DNA of 64,000 nt from NCBI RefSeq assembly GCF_009914755.1, contig NC_060925.1; one strand, 5' to 3'. Shown piece after piece: positions 46,419 to 60,959 of the stretch; the first letter of the stretch is position 1; every line of letters starts with the position of its first letter. Below the pieces are notes generated by a model, which saw only the letters and a program-made list of their open reading frames with translations, did not search any database and was not told the DNA's origin. The position numbers and the translations under genes are program-made. This DNA comes from the human T2T-CHM13v2.0 reference genome, Homo sapiens.

Positions 46419-46808
46419 TGTATTAATCCGTTCTCACACTGCTATAAAGAACTACCTGAGACTGGGTAATTTATAAAGAAAAATGTTTAGTTGACTCACA
46501 GTTTGGCAAGCTATAAAGGAAGCATGGCTGGGAAGCCTCAGGAAAATTACAATCATGGCAGAAAGTGAAGAGGAAGAAAGCACATCTTACAATGGTGGAG
46601 CAGGAGAGAAAGAGCTAGAGTGAAAAGCGGGAAGTGCTACTACAAACTTTCAAGCACTAGATCTCATGAGAACTTACTCACTATCAGAAGAATGGCAAGG
46701 GGAAAATCTGCCCCCATGATTTAATCACCTCCTATCAGGTCCCTCCCAACAATGGGAATTACAGTGCAAGATGAGATTTGGGTGGGGACACAGAGCCAAG
46801 TCATATGA
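46419..46808 (-). mobile_element. MSTA-like solo LTR
   Basis: tgtattaatccgttctcacactgctataaagaactacctgag...; near-TSD atgct/acgct. Confidence 0.9.
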
Positions 46809-47219
46809 ACGCTTAAAGAGACAGTTGTAAAATCACGCTGTGTTGCATCTTACCAGATTTCTGAACACCAGTGATTGAGGGATATTGACTGTTAACCAAG
46901 CATTTTCATACTATGAATGCTCCCATTTCTCTTTATAATTTTTGAAACATATGTTCATAGGTAAATAAGTTTGATGTTTGCATGTTTTTTGAACTTTATA
47001 TAAATGATTTTGCATGTACATATTCTTCAAAACTTTTTTCATCAATATTATGTTTGTGAGATTCTATCATGTTGATTTGTGTAGCTGCAGTTCATTTGCT
47101 TTCATTGCTGTCCAGAATCACATTGCTGGATGACATTTTCATGGTCTACAGGTTTTTGTTTACAAACTATGCTCTTAGGAACAATCTTCTACAAGTTTGC
47201 AGACACATATTTATGATAT

Positions 47220-47555
47220 TTTCTTAGTCTTCTCTAGCTGCTATAACAAAATACCTTAGACTGGGTAATGTATAAACAACGGAAATGTATTGCTGACAGT
47301 TCTGGAGGCTGGAAAGTCCAAAATCAAGGCACCAGCAGATTCAGTGTCTGGTGAGGGCTCTCTGGTTCATAGATGGTGTCTTCTATGTGTCCTCACATGG
47401 TGGAAGGGCAGTTCTCAAACCTCTTACATAAGAGCACTAACACCATTCATGAAGGTGGAGCCCTCATGACCTAATCACTTCCCAAATGCCGTACGCTTAA
47501 TACTATCACATTGGAGATTATGTTTCAACATATGAATTTGGGGGAAACACAGCAG
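47220..47555 (-). mobile_element. MLT1A/MSTD-like MaLR LTR
   Basis: gctgctataacaaaataccttagactgggtaat...gttctggaggctggaaagtccaa. Confidence 0.85.
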
Positions 47556-50245
47556 ATATATTGTCAAAAGTGAAATTATTGGTTATAAGATATACACATC
47601 TTTGCCTTTATTAGAGTTCCAAGTTGTTTTCCAAAATACTTGTGCCAATTTATACTCCTACCCACAGAGTATAACTGTTTCCTTTGTTCCATTCTCTAGG
47701 CAATACTCAATATTCTCAGACTTTTTTTTTTTTACAATCTGTTGGTATAAAATAATAACTAATTGTGGTATTAATTTGAATTGTCCTAAGGAATTTAGTC
47801 TCAGCATTTTTTCATACTTTTATTAGACATTTATGTTTTATTTTCTTGAAATAACTGTTCATGTCTTTTGACATTTTATTAATTTGTATTGTTCTTACCA
47901 GTTTGTATGAGTTTATTATATTTCTGGACAATAATCTTTTGTCAGTTATATGTTACAAATATTTTCTCCCAGTTTGTGGCCTGCCTCTTTACTTTTATGG
48001 TGTATTTTGAAGAACAGAAGTTTAATTTTACTTTAGTCAAATTTATCTATCATTTTCTTTATGTATTGTGCTTTTTATATCTTGTTTGAAAAAAATTCCC
48101 CTAACTCAAAAGTCATAAAGTAATCTCATGTATTGTCTTGGAAAATTTAAAGTTTTACTTTTCACTTTGAAGTATTTTATTCAGCAGAAGCTGGGTTTTA
48201 TATATAGTGTGAAATAGACATCTTTTTTTAAAAATATACTTATCTAAATAAGCTAGGACTATTGATTAAATAGTCTACATATTTCTTCAATGCCACTACT
48301 GCATTATATCAAGTTTCTATATATTTGTGTGTCTGTTTATGAGATGTATGCTATGTTCCAATGACTATTTGTCTACTACCACTTATCCAAGTCCATGTTG
48401 TCTTAATTGCATTACTTTTACAATATATCTGGAAATCTAACAGGGTAGTACCACCCCATATCTTGTTCTTTCTTTTCAAAGTCTTCTGTAGTAGTCTGCC
48501 TATTTCTCTTCCATATAAAATGATTACACTTGGAATGATTTCATTTTAAAATCAGCTTTTCATGTTCAGTGAAAATCCCTGTTGGTTTTCATGATGGGAA
48601 ATACACTGAATATAGAGATCAGTGTAAGAACCATTGATATTGCTATTATATTGAGTCTCTATCTATAATGCTTTTCAATGGTTTATGCTGTCTTTTATGT
48701 CCTCGTATAAAGTTTTAAAAGTTTCTCCAAAACGTTCTTGCACATTTTTTGTTTTATTTGTTCCTGGATACTTTATATTTTTGATGCATTATAAATCCGT
48801 CTTTTAAAATTGTATCTTCTAATTATTTGTAACATATATAGAAATAATAAAGTTGGCTTTTAATGTGAATTTTGAACTCCAATAACCCTGTACATTTTCA
48901 TATTAGTTCTAATAGGTAATTAAACTTTTTGTGTATTTTATGACAAATTTATGATATTTTATTTCTATATTTTCAAAGTTTATACTTTTTATTTATCTAC
49001 GTTGTCTTAATGCTGATAAGGAATTTCAGTACATTGTTGGAAACAGGTGGTAATAGCAGATATCATTTTCTCATTCCATGTTTTAAAGCAGTCTTCTAAA
49101 CTTTCACCATTTAGAATGATGTTTGCAGTCGATGTTTCCAGCTACATTTAAATAATTTTAGGAAGATTCTTTCTAATCCTATGTGCACAGTTGTTTAGAA
49201 ATACTAGTTTTCTGGTGAACTAAACCTTTTGTGTTTATATACCATTCCTTTACATTCTAGTAATGTTTTTGTCTCAAAGTTTATTTTGTCTGATATTAAT
49301 ATAACAGCTTTCTCTTGGTTAGAAGTTGCCTGGTATATGTTTTTCTTCTTTTCTCTTTCAACTTTTCTGCATTCATATTTTATTTGTGTTTCTTTTTAAT
49401 AATATAGAAATTTGAAAACTCATTCTAGTAATTTTTATATTTTAAGAGGTTAGTTCACTTTTACTAATTATTACTGATATATTTTAGTTTATTTCCCTAA
49501 TTTTATTCTTATTCTTCCATTTTTTTTCTCTCCCTGCCATATTTTGGATTGACTGATTTTTTTGCTTATGACTTTTTTTTGTTTTCAAAATTGTATACTC
49601 TGTTTCTATACTTTTTGTGGTTACCTTTGAATTTTAGCAAGCATATTTAACTAAATCTAAGGTTATAATAACTTTTTCCTCCTCCAAACAATTCAAGATT
49701 TTAAAACTCTTTAAATCTGCTTATCCCTCCCTAGGCTTACATCCTACTGTTGACTATTATTTTAGCTTTATTTAATAGTGTTTTTTAAATCCCATATATT
49801 ATACATTAGGATCATAATTTCAAATAATCAGCCTTTGTTTAGCTTTACTCACAAATTTACAATTATCATTGCTTACCTTCCCTTCACACATCTCAGTCCT
49901 TTCTGCAGTACATAGTTGAGGAGTTCCTTTACTATCTACTGTTAGTCAGTATTTTAAGCTATTGTCTGAAAAATATTTTTCACCCCTATTCTCCAATAGT
50001 AGTTTACCTTGATATCCAATTCCAGGTTGATAGATTTTTTCACAGCGTTTAAAAAACAGTATGCCATTATTGCCTTCTGGTTTCTATTGTTGCTGCTTTC
50101 AAGTCAGCTGTTAGTCTAATTGTAATTCCTGAGTAGATAACTTGCCTTTTCTCTCTGGCTTTTTAAAAAGATCTTCCCTTTGTTTTAATGTTCTGCACAT
50201 TCACTATGGTGTTCATAAGTGCCTATTTATTTTTTATCCTGTTAA

Positions 50246-50614
<369 letters not shown>

Positions 50615-50811
50615 ATTACAGAACAAAATTCTTGCTCTTCTTTCCTATTCTCTCCATTATCTCCTTTTAGAAGATCTGTATTATAGATCTTCTAATTCTG
50701 TCTTCTATGTCTCTTTACCTGATTTAAAATCTTACATTTCTTGCTCTTTCTGTGCTTCATTCTGGATTTCCTTGTATATGAATTTTTTTCTAATTCTTGA
50801 TTAATTCAAAT

Positions 50812-50946
50812 TCTTTTATTTTTTTTTTTTCAGAGATGATGTCTCACTATGTTGCTCAGATTGGTCTCAAATTCCTGGGCTTAAGCAATCTTCTCACTTT
50901 AGCCTCCTGAGTAGCTAAGACTATAGGCACAAGCCACCACTCCCTG
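50812..50946 (-). mobile_element. FLAM-type Alu monomer
   Basis: gtctcactatgttgctcag...actataggcacaagccaccac. Confidence 0.85.
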
Positions 50947-51180
50947 TTTCTCTAATTCTAATTAACGAATTATTGTTTCACTTGTGCTGAACCTGCTCTT
51001 TAACCCACTCATTGAGTTTTTAATATTAGCTATTCTTCTTTTCATTGATGAATTTTCATTTAGTTGTTGTTTACATCTATCTGGCTTTTTAAAATCTTTT
51101 ATCCTGTTCCTTTCTCATGTTCCAATTCTAACTCTTATTTCCTTACAAATTTAAAGCATTATTTTATATTCTGTATCCAC

Positions 51181-51622
51181 TATTAAATTAAGTTTGGCCT
51201 AAGGCTGCCTCCTTATGTATTTTAAGTTTGGCCTACAGGTTTCTGCATACATAATAAACTGTAACAAAACTTGATGTGTAAGCAGAATGCAACCTACTCT
51301 TGTAACAAGTGTTGGAGTATCGGCCAATCACAGTAGCTAAAATTTAGTCAACCATAGGCAGCCAACTGTTCAAATCATATAAGGTAAAATCATGTAAGTT
51401 TCATATAAGGTAAACACCTAGCTGTAACCAATCCAGCTGTTTCTGTACCTTACTTCTGTCTTCTGTATGCAACTTTTTTTTTCTCTCCATAAATGTGATC
51501 CAACCATGTGGCAGCCCTGGAGTTTATCTGAACCTGTTCTGGTTCTGGGGGCTGCCTGATTCATAAATTGTTCTTTGCTTATTTAAACTCTGTTTAATTT
51601 GTCGAATGTTTTTCTCTTAACA
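51181..51622 (+). mobile_element. MER57-like ERV1 solo LTR
   Basis: Starts tattaaattaagtttggcctaaggctgcctcctta, ends ttaaca; multiple CCAAT boxes. Confidence 0.85.
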
Positions 51623-51695
51623 TCAGTAATGTCATTTTTAGAAATTTTGGTTGTCAAATTATGCTGTTTGTTATCTGTGTTTACATGATGCCTGA

Positions 51696-52059
<364 letters not shown>

Positions 52060-54021
52060 CAGCAGGGCTTTTTCTATAGAAATCTTATGAGACAAGGATT
52101 AAGGTTCATTTTCTTTGGTAAATTCTCTAGAGATAATTTATTTCTCTCTTGTTTCTCTCAAGCAACCACGGATTTTACCAACCTAAGAGAAGTTCTTGTT
52201 ATTGGATTTTACTGGACTAGGGTTTTCCTGATGTGGGTTTTACTTAGGAAACATAAGTTTTAGTCTCAAACTCATGTGTGAGCGGACATCTCTTCATAAA
52301 TTTTCAGGGGAGCTTAGACAGAGATAGACAAGTGTTCTGCCTTGTCCCATGATTGGCAGGCAGATTTAGTTTATAGTACACCCATTCACCAAGGGCCGGG
52401 CTGTGACTAAGGTATGTTCCTTACTTGCTTCACCCTAGTGCTGGCCTGACTAAGGGTATAGCTCTTTGAATGTTCCAATTTTACAAAGGGATCTTGGCTT
52501 AAATTCCTCGCCTGGCACAGACCAAGGCTCTTACTCCTGACTCCATTCAGATGCTAAAACCCAATCATCATGGTTACAAAGACTGACAAATTTCTCCAGG
52601 GCAACAGTAGTGCCAGAGACAAATTACCTCTCTAATGCTTAGCTCAGTTTTCAATTTTTAGTGCCTAGATTTTCTCTACTTTATGTAGGCTCAGCTATAC
52701 ATTTTTAAGATATAGTTTTAATTTTCCATTTTAAGGATATCTGCTATGCCATATTCTTGGAAACCAAAATTCCCTTAAGAAAATCTTTCCCAGTAGTCTC
52801 CCTGCAGAATTTCCTCTCATGTGTCATTGGCCACTTGCTTGCATAAATCGATCAATGGCAAGAAAAGTGTGGTTTCCAAAATTTAATTAAAGACTAGTGA
52901 GGATTTACCTCAGGGACACATAGGAAAGTGATGGACAATGAAACAAAATTGGGGAATGGGGAAATAGCTTTTGGGGAGACAAAAATAGCATGTCTGCAAT
53001 ATGGATAATTTAGGGGAGACTGGGCAGATTAGTCTGACTAGAACCTTGTGTTTGAATTAGAAGGCAGCAGAACATAAGACTGAAAAGGTATTTCAGGCGT
53101 CAAGGTGTGGGAGTACCACAAAAGCCTAGGTAATTAGTTAATATTTTATCCTACATGTACAGTTGTGATATTGAGGATTTCTGAACCAGAAAACGACAAT
53201 AAAAATATGTGTACTATTTTGTAAATAGTGTTGAGAATGAATTAGAGAGAGAAGAGACTAGAGGCAGTAATTATAATTTAGGGAGCTTTGCAGTAACTTA
53301 GGCATGAAATGATAATGAACTAAACCATGTTAAATTATAATAGAAATTCAAAGGAAGGGAGACAAAGTATGAGAGAAGAATAAATAGAATTTGGTGATTC
53401 AGTTGGATATAGGATAAGTTACGGGAGAAAAAGGCAAGTATTTGGTGCCCTTAAATATATTTGATAGTGTGATAAAGACCAGTTCTCTCATTTGTAAAAT
53501 TGAGATGATTATATATTTAATACTTATCTTAAAAGAATGTAAAAATTATAGTTTCTGAATGTACTTCAAAAATTATGTAAGACTATATAAATATTAGGGC
53601 ATCTCGACCATATATAAGGATTTAATTTGGGTACTGCAACAGGAGCTAGTAGGTGTGTCTCTATTCCTTAAGGCTGTTATAGCTCGTTGTGTTGGGAACT
53701 GCTGGGAGAAGGGACATATACATTTTCCTGTGTTAAAGAAAGGTGTGAAGAGCAAAGGATAACAGTGGTAAGTCAGGAATGCAAAGTAGAGTTGAAGAAT
53801 GAGGGAATATGAATGGTGAGTGAAGTAAACTCACTTCCAGGCTGAGTAGGTTATGTATCTTTCAGCAAACCTAAAGGATATATCTTACAAATAATTGCAG
53901 CAAAAAATAAAAGGAGCCTGATTTCTTGGATTACTACTTAATGGAAAACTGTCCAGGAGAACTGACTGATGAGAAATATCAACAATTGATTTTGGATAAG
54001 TAAAAAATAAACTTTTTCCCC

Positions 54022-54905
54022 TTTGCAGCTTTATCAAGGTAGAATTGACAGAAGCTTATATTTATGGTGTACAATGTGATGTTTTCCTATATGTATTTAT
54101 TGTTAAATGATTAAATCAAGCTAATTTGCATATCCAACACCTCACATTTTTTTTTTTTGTGGTGATAACTTTAAGATCTAATCTCTTTGCAATGTTTCAG
54201 TATACATTATTGTTAACTATAGGCACTATGATGTACAGTATATCACTAGGACTTACTCATCTTGCATAACTGGAACTTTGTACCCTTTGACTAATACCTC
54301 TCTGTTTTCCCCTCCCCCAAATCCCTAGCAACTATTCTATCTCTGCTTCTTTGAGTTTGACTCCTTTAGATTTCCCATATAAGTGGTATCATGTTGTCCT
54401 TCTGTGATTGGCTTATTTCACTTAGCATAATGTCCCCCAGCTTCATCAATGTTGTCCCATATTGCAGGACTTCCTCCTTATGGCTGAGTAGTTCTCCATT
54501 GTACATATATACCACATTTTCTTTATCCATTCATCTGTTGATGAACATTGTGGTTGCTTCTATGTCTTGGTTGTTCTGAATAATGTTGCAATAAATATGG
54601 GTATCTCTTCAAGATCCTGATTTCAATTCCTTTGGATAAATAACCAGAAGTGGGATTGCTAGATCATATTGTAGTTCTATTATTAATTTTTTGAGAAGCC
54701 TTCATATTGTTTCCCATAGTGGCTGTACCAATTCACGTTCTCACTGACAGTGTATGTTAGGGTTCCCTTTCCTCCATATCCTTGCCAACACTTGTTATTT
54801 TCATTTTATTATTATTGTTGGATAATAACCATCCTAATAGATACAATATCTCATTATAGTTTGGATTTACATTCCCAATTATTAATGTTGAACACTTTTA
54901 GCTAT
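54022..54905 (-). mobile_element. L1MA 3' end
   Basis: gtgtacaatgtgatgtttt...aatgattaaatcaagctaat...ccagaagtgggattgctagatc. Confidence 0.88.
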
Positions 54906-55060
54906 ATTTACAAAATAGAATCCTATACATGATGAAAAGGAATGTGCTAAAGCTACATGAATTAACATAGGTGCATCTCACAAAGTTAACTGAAAAATCA
55001 AGTTTTATAAGGTTGTATAGCTGTATGAAATCATTTATGTAAAGTTGAACAACATAGAAA

Positions 55061-55140
55061 GCAATACTATATTGCTGAGGGATACTATATTGTTGAGCAA
55101 TACTATATTGTTGAGGAGCAATACTACATTGTTGAGGGAT
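55061..55140. repeat. Minisatellite, four copies of an 18-21 bp unit
   Basis: (g)caatactatattgttgag(g) repeated four times with variants. Confidence 0.9.
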
Positions 55141-55167
55141 ATACATGTAGTGAAAGGGATATATGGT

Positions 55168-55609
55168 ATCTTAGTCTGTTTCTGCTACAACAAAATATTC
55201 GATACTGGGTAATTTATAAATAACAGGAATTTATTTATCACAGTTCTGGAGGCTGGTTAGTCCAAGATCAAGGTGCCAGCAGATTCAATGCCTGGTGAAG
55301 GCTGCTGTTTCCAAGATGGTGCCTCTTGCTGCACCCTCACATGGGTGCAAAAGGGGGACAAAAAGGAATGAACAAAAAGGGGGACAAAAAGGAATGAACA
55401 CTGTGTCTTCACAAGGCAGAAGGGAGGGAAGGGTAAAAGAACCTAGCTACTTCCCTCCAGTCTTTTTATAAGGACATTAGTCCCATTCATGAGGGTAGAG
55501 TGCTTATGACCTAGTCACCTCCCAGAGGCTCCATCTTATAATACCATCACATTATTGATTAGGTTTCAACACATAAATTTTGGAGGACCATATAACTAAA
55601 GCCATAGCA
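55168..55609 (-). mobile_element. MSTC/D or MLT1A-like MaLR LTR
   Basis: tatcttagtctgttt...gttctggaggctgg...gccatagca. Confidence 0.85.
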
Positions 55610-55816
55610 CACCAGAAATGATAAATTCAGAATGTGGGGAGAAGAAATATGCTTGGAGTGGTATGCACAGGGAGTTAAAACTGTGTTTCTAATGTTTTCA
55701 ACTGGGTAACAGGAATATGGGTATTGGTTATACTCTCTTCATATTTGTATGTGTGTTTGCATATCCATAATAAAATTTAAGAGGCACAAGAAAACTCATC
55801 CTTCCTCTTTCACTGG

Positions 55817-56277
55817 TGTGACAGTCCATCTGTATTGCTATAAAGGACTACCTAAGGCTGGATAATGTATAAAGAAAAGAGGTTTATTTTGGCTCACAGT
55901 TCTGCAGGGTGTACAAGAAACACAGTACCAGCATCTTCTCCCGGTGAGGCTTCAGGAAGCTTCCAATCATGGCAGAGGGCAAAGTGGGAGCCAGTGGGAG
56001 CCAGTATTTCACACGGTGAGAGAGCAAGAGCGAGGAGAGGAGAGGAGAGAGAGAGCACACGAGAGGGAAAGGGAGGAGGTGCCAAGCTCTTTTAAACAAC
56101 CAGATCTTCTGTGAACTCATAGAGTGAGAACTCGCTCATTGCTTTGAGGACAACTTGAAACTATTCATGAGGAATCTGCTCCCAAGACCCAGACACCTTC
56201 CATTAGGCCCATCTCCAACACTGGAGGTCACATTTCAACATGAGATTTGGAGGGGACAAAACATCCAAACTATATCA
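55817..56277 (-). mobile_element. MSTB-like solo LTR nested in an older MLT1 LTR (which continues to ~56553)
   Basis: attgctataaaggactacct...aacatccaaactatatca; near-TSD actgg/actga. Confidence 0.88.
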
Positions 56278-57049
56278 ACTGAACATTGCCATGTCTGGAT
56301 ATGATGCCTGAAACTGCAGCAAGCCAGGCTGTCATTCTAAGGCAAGCAATAAGAGTATCACGTGGGCTCACTCAGAATGCCAGGGCAAAAGACAAAGAAC
56401 TTAGGTCCTTGGGGCTGCTACAAAGCCATTGAGCCAGGCTACCCTGCAGCACTTAGCTCTGGACTTCTTGTTTTGTGACATGATCAATGTTCTCATTTTA
56501 TGCAAAGAGAGTTGCCATTTGCTGTCACTTGTAACCAAAAGCATCCTAATAGCATCCACAAAAGCTCTCTTCTTCAAATCTTTTTCTTGCTGAAAATAAG
56601 GTGTTCATTCATAGCTCTTAGCAAAATTATAAACATTCTTTAATACTCAGTTCAAATTCTTCTTCTGTCATACAACTTTTTCTCACCAAGAAACTTATAA
56701 ATATATCTCCCTATTCTGAATACCTTTATCACTTACTGTCCATAACTATTTAGGGCTACTCAAGGAGTGTTATTTATATTGTTACAGTCAATATGCTTTG
56801 GAAACATGATCTCTGGAATCTTAACATATAACTTTAGCTCACTGTACAAAGCTTTTAATTAATGGAAAAATCTGCTTGATTATGTATGTATATAACAAGC
56901 TTTTGTCATTTATTAAAAAAAAAGTCATCATTCAAACAACCTAAGTCTCATCTCATTAAGGATTGATGGTAAAACAGGCAACTATTAAGCAGCTGAAGGC
57001 TAACATACAAAAAGGCTAAAAGCACAAAAGTGGTTTCCCAGTTCAGTAG

Positions 57050-57295
57050 TAACAACAGCTAATATTTATGAGCTCCCACTATGTGCTAGACACCATGACA
57101 GATGTTTTATATATACTATGTCATTTAACCTTCACAATAATTCAGCTTTGAGATACTATTCACATTCCACAGAGGAGGAAACCAAGGTTTAGTTTAAATA
57201 ATCTCAATGTCACAGAATTAGAAAGTGGATAGGTTAAGATTCAATTCACGTCTTCATGCCTTCAAAGACAATGCTCTTTCAACATTCCATGCTAC
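57050..57295. mobile_element. MIR
   Basis: cactatgtgctagacacc...ccacagaggaggaaaccaagg. Confidence 0.8.
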
Positions 57296-58574
57296 CACTC
57301 AAGAACATATTCATTCAGTGAATTATGGGTGAGTCACTGTCCTTTACAGTGGAATAAGATGATAGGCAGAATATACATGTTTCTGTCATAAAACTTAGAT
57401 TGTATATGAATTACATAATTATGTTACAAATGTACCACTGACCATTTCAGAAATCACAATGTGGGCATAGCACTTATATTTTGCAGCACTCAGTCAGCCA
57501 TGAAACTTTGCTTTTTCTATTTTTATTGGTCCAACAATGCAACACAAACAGGTTTAGTTCATAATAATGCTGTCTGAAATGTGCCATCAAAAATATCATC
57601 AGATGGAACAACTGATGTTGATGACATTCTTACAGAAATATACAAAGAAAAAAACTCACATAGCAGTAGTACAGTTTAACTGCACAGAAGAATCACATTC
57701 CACAGGATTTCAAAGATGCATCAATTTCAATTTTACACCTGTAGAAAACCTAAAGGGGTTGTGCATGCTGTGTTGATCACTGAGGCATATCACTTGTGCC
57801 CACCACTGGGAAGATATTAACATGTATCATACTCAGTAGACTAGTCATACACGTCAATGTCATGGATATTTGACCTAAAACTCAGTGTGCCTTTCATTCC
57901 AGTCATGGAAGAGTGGACATGGTTTTCTCCCTCAGGCAGCAACATGAGTGCAGAGAACAACGCTCTGATTTGTATGTTGTATTTATGGCCTTAACCAAGA
58001 TCTGTTACAAATGTGTTGGTATGTGGGAAATCCTACAAAACAGTGGCTGCCCATGCAATTTTAAAAGCATGATGCTAATCCATTTATCTTAATAATGTAA
58101 AAATTCTTCCTTTTTTTTTTTCTAATGATGTTCCTGGAGATTTCGCTGTTATACTTAATATACCTAAGAGTAGGTTTCATCTCTAATACTTGCATAACAA
58201 AAGGGCTAGAAGTAATTAGTCTGGATATTTTATGTGACAGTGATTGTGTACATGTAGTTTATAATTGAAATGATTGTTCAGGGTTAACAAGGCTACACTT
58301 CACTGTCAACATACACTTACTTCATTTGGAATGCAGCTCATACACTGCAGTTATCATTAATTCAATGACTTTGGGGGAACTTACTAAATAGATTGCCAAA
58401 TAAAATCACAGTTATGTTGTTATTTTGGTATATTGTGTCTCATAAACAATAGCCAGAGAACAACTAATGTATTTGCAAAACACAATACTGCTTCATAACC
58501 ATAAAATATTAAGGAAAAATACATTTCTATAATTTATTTGCTATGTTACTCATATGTAGGTTTTTGCTGCCATT

Positions 58575-59830
58575 ATTCATTCATCTATTCATTTAAACAA
58601 GCATTTTTTAAGCATTTCCTACGAACTTGTGCTACTGGAGATACAGATTATTAAGACAATCTTTATCCTTAAAGACCTCACAGTCTGGCAGTAAAAACTC
58701 ATAAACATAAAATTATACAATAGGAAAGTGCAAATGTAGAGTCATGCTTTGGATATTATGGGAGCCTTGGGGTGGCGTGCCTAGCCAGCCTGCAGAGAAG
58801 ACTGGGGAAAGCAGACAAGGAGCAGAGTAAGCAGTCAGGAAAAGCTCACTAGAGAAGGTGACGCATAGGCTTAGGCTTTAAAAACAGGTATAACTTCATC
58901 AAAGACATGAGCTGAAGACTGAGGTGGAGATGAGAATAGGGTATTTTTTGTCAGACTAAACAGCATGTGCAAAATGTGAATAATAAATCTCCAGCACTTA
59001 TCAGAGTGCCCTGATACACAGTAAGCCCTCCTTATATATTATTTCCATTAAGAAACCATTCTGTTATAGTTGTAGTCAGGGGAAAGAAATGATAATGATA
59101 AAGATAATGAACAATGATAGAAGCAAAGGAAAGGACCAACTTGAGACTTTTTGAGAAATTACAGACAATTTAAGACTTTAACTGCAGACAAAACTGACAA
59201 GAGTTGGTGATGGTCTGGATGGGGAGATGTAGAAAAAGTGTAGAATTACTCCAAGATCTCTGAATTTGATGAATGATTGGGCACCCATGCCTTTAAAATT
59301 GAAAATAAACGGGAAAGTAAGATTTCAAAGGTAATGGTGATTAAGTCTGTTTTGGACACGATGAGTTTGGGGTAATTTTAAACATCTATGTCTAGCAGGC
59401 AGATGGCTAGATAGGTATGTTGCTCTCAAAAGCTTTGAACCTGATGAAGAATCATTACATGGTAATAGATTAAAAACATAAGCATGGGTAAAATCACTTG
59501 GAGAAGTATTATACAGTGAGAGCAGTGGGCTGAGAATTGCTGAAGAAATCTGAAGAAAATCAACATTTAAGGATGAAGAGGAGAGAAGAAGCGCTTTTTA
59601 AAAATTCAAGGAATAATCCTAAAAATAAAAAGCAAATTTTAAGAATATGGGGTCCAAGAAGTCAAGAGAATAGCTTTGAGGGGCAGACAACTGACCACCT
59701 TAAAGTACAAGCAGTGTTAGTTAGGGAACTACTGTATAAGTGCACTGGATTTAGTAACACTTTAAGTTGGCAGTGCAGGTAGAAGCCAACTACCATTCCA
59801 TTAGAGAATGACTGAGTGGATGAGGAGATG
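58575..59830. mobile_element. L2 remnants
   Basis: attcattcatctattcatttaaacaagcattt; gtctgttttggacacgatgagtttg. Confidence 0.65.
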
Positions 59831-60959
59831 AAATGGCTAGATTACTTCATATCATATAGCTCATCTATACTTGTCCAAAATAACAAAAACAAAATGGAAA
59901 GATGGGCGCCAAATGCAGCAGTGCTCTAGGCATGTAACACTGGCGGAGTAGCATCTTCTGTGAAGTCAGCAGAGATTTGCTGGGCTTGCAAATAGAAATG
60001 GTTATAATTCCCAAAAGAATTTTCTAAGACCAGCTCTGTGAAACAAAGTGTGCCACTGGATGTCCGATTAAATGAAACAAAGATTCCCTATAGGCAACCT
60101 TAGGGGCATGTAACATTTGCTCTCAATCATAAGAATTGATAGTGAAAATCCACTCTACGTGGAGCATGACACGTCATAACACACCATTCGGCTATTTGGA
60201 AAACATGAAATACATAATCAGTGTCCAAATGGAAGTGTGCAAAACAGGCAGTAAACGGACAAGAAGTCTGTTGGTAGCTCTGTGGCTCCAGCAATAATTT
60301 GTCCACTACCAGCTCAATACATTCATAATTCATTAAAAGATAACACTTAAAGTCAATTAAAGGTAGCATTTCAAGGGCTTAGATCAGATCATTTAATATA
60401 TGCATCTGTCTTGTCTGTCAGTAAAATAGCTCGCTTTATTTAATAATATAATTTAATAAGATTTCAGATTTAGTACCTCTTTTCACTTAGTTTTTTAAAG
60501 AAATATTTGCAACTATATATGTTCAAATATGCAATACTATGTATACAAATTTAATATTAAAATTTCATGACATTTTTGTCCAGTAATTAGGAATATGTAT
60601 TTGAGAATAAAAAACTGCTGACTCATTTATCCATTCAAAAATTCATTATTCATTATTCACTATGTGCCATAATACTTTCTGCAGAAGTACAAGTTGGGCT
60701 GTAGAGATAAAAAGATGAAAATGACATGTTCCCTATTATCTTATGATCTGTTGGGAAAACAATGCAAAAAATATAAAAAGTTGAAATGGCACAAATAATT
60801 GTGAGAAATCAAAAAGGAAGGCTTCTAGAGGGGACAGAGGAACATAAAAAAACTTTAAAAATGAACATTTAAATACTAAGTATTAAAAAGGACTGGGTGG
60901 GCTGGTGGAATTTTCTTTGCTTTTGAAAGTCACGCTGTAGTGGACTTTTGTGAACTGTG

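Noticed and set aside
54898-55146. ORF with repeated QQYSI, and a CRISPR-like look of the repeat
   Set aside because: Product of a tandem minisatellite with no unique spacers; eukaryotic context, no cas genes
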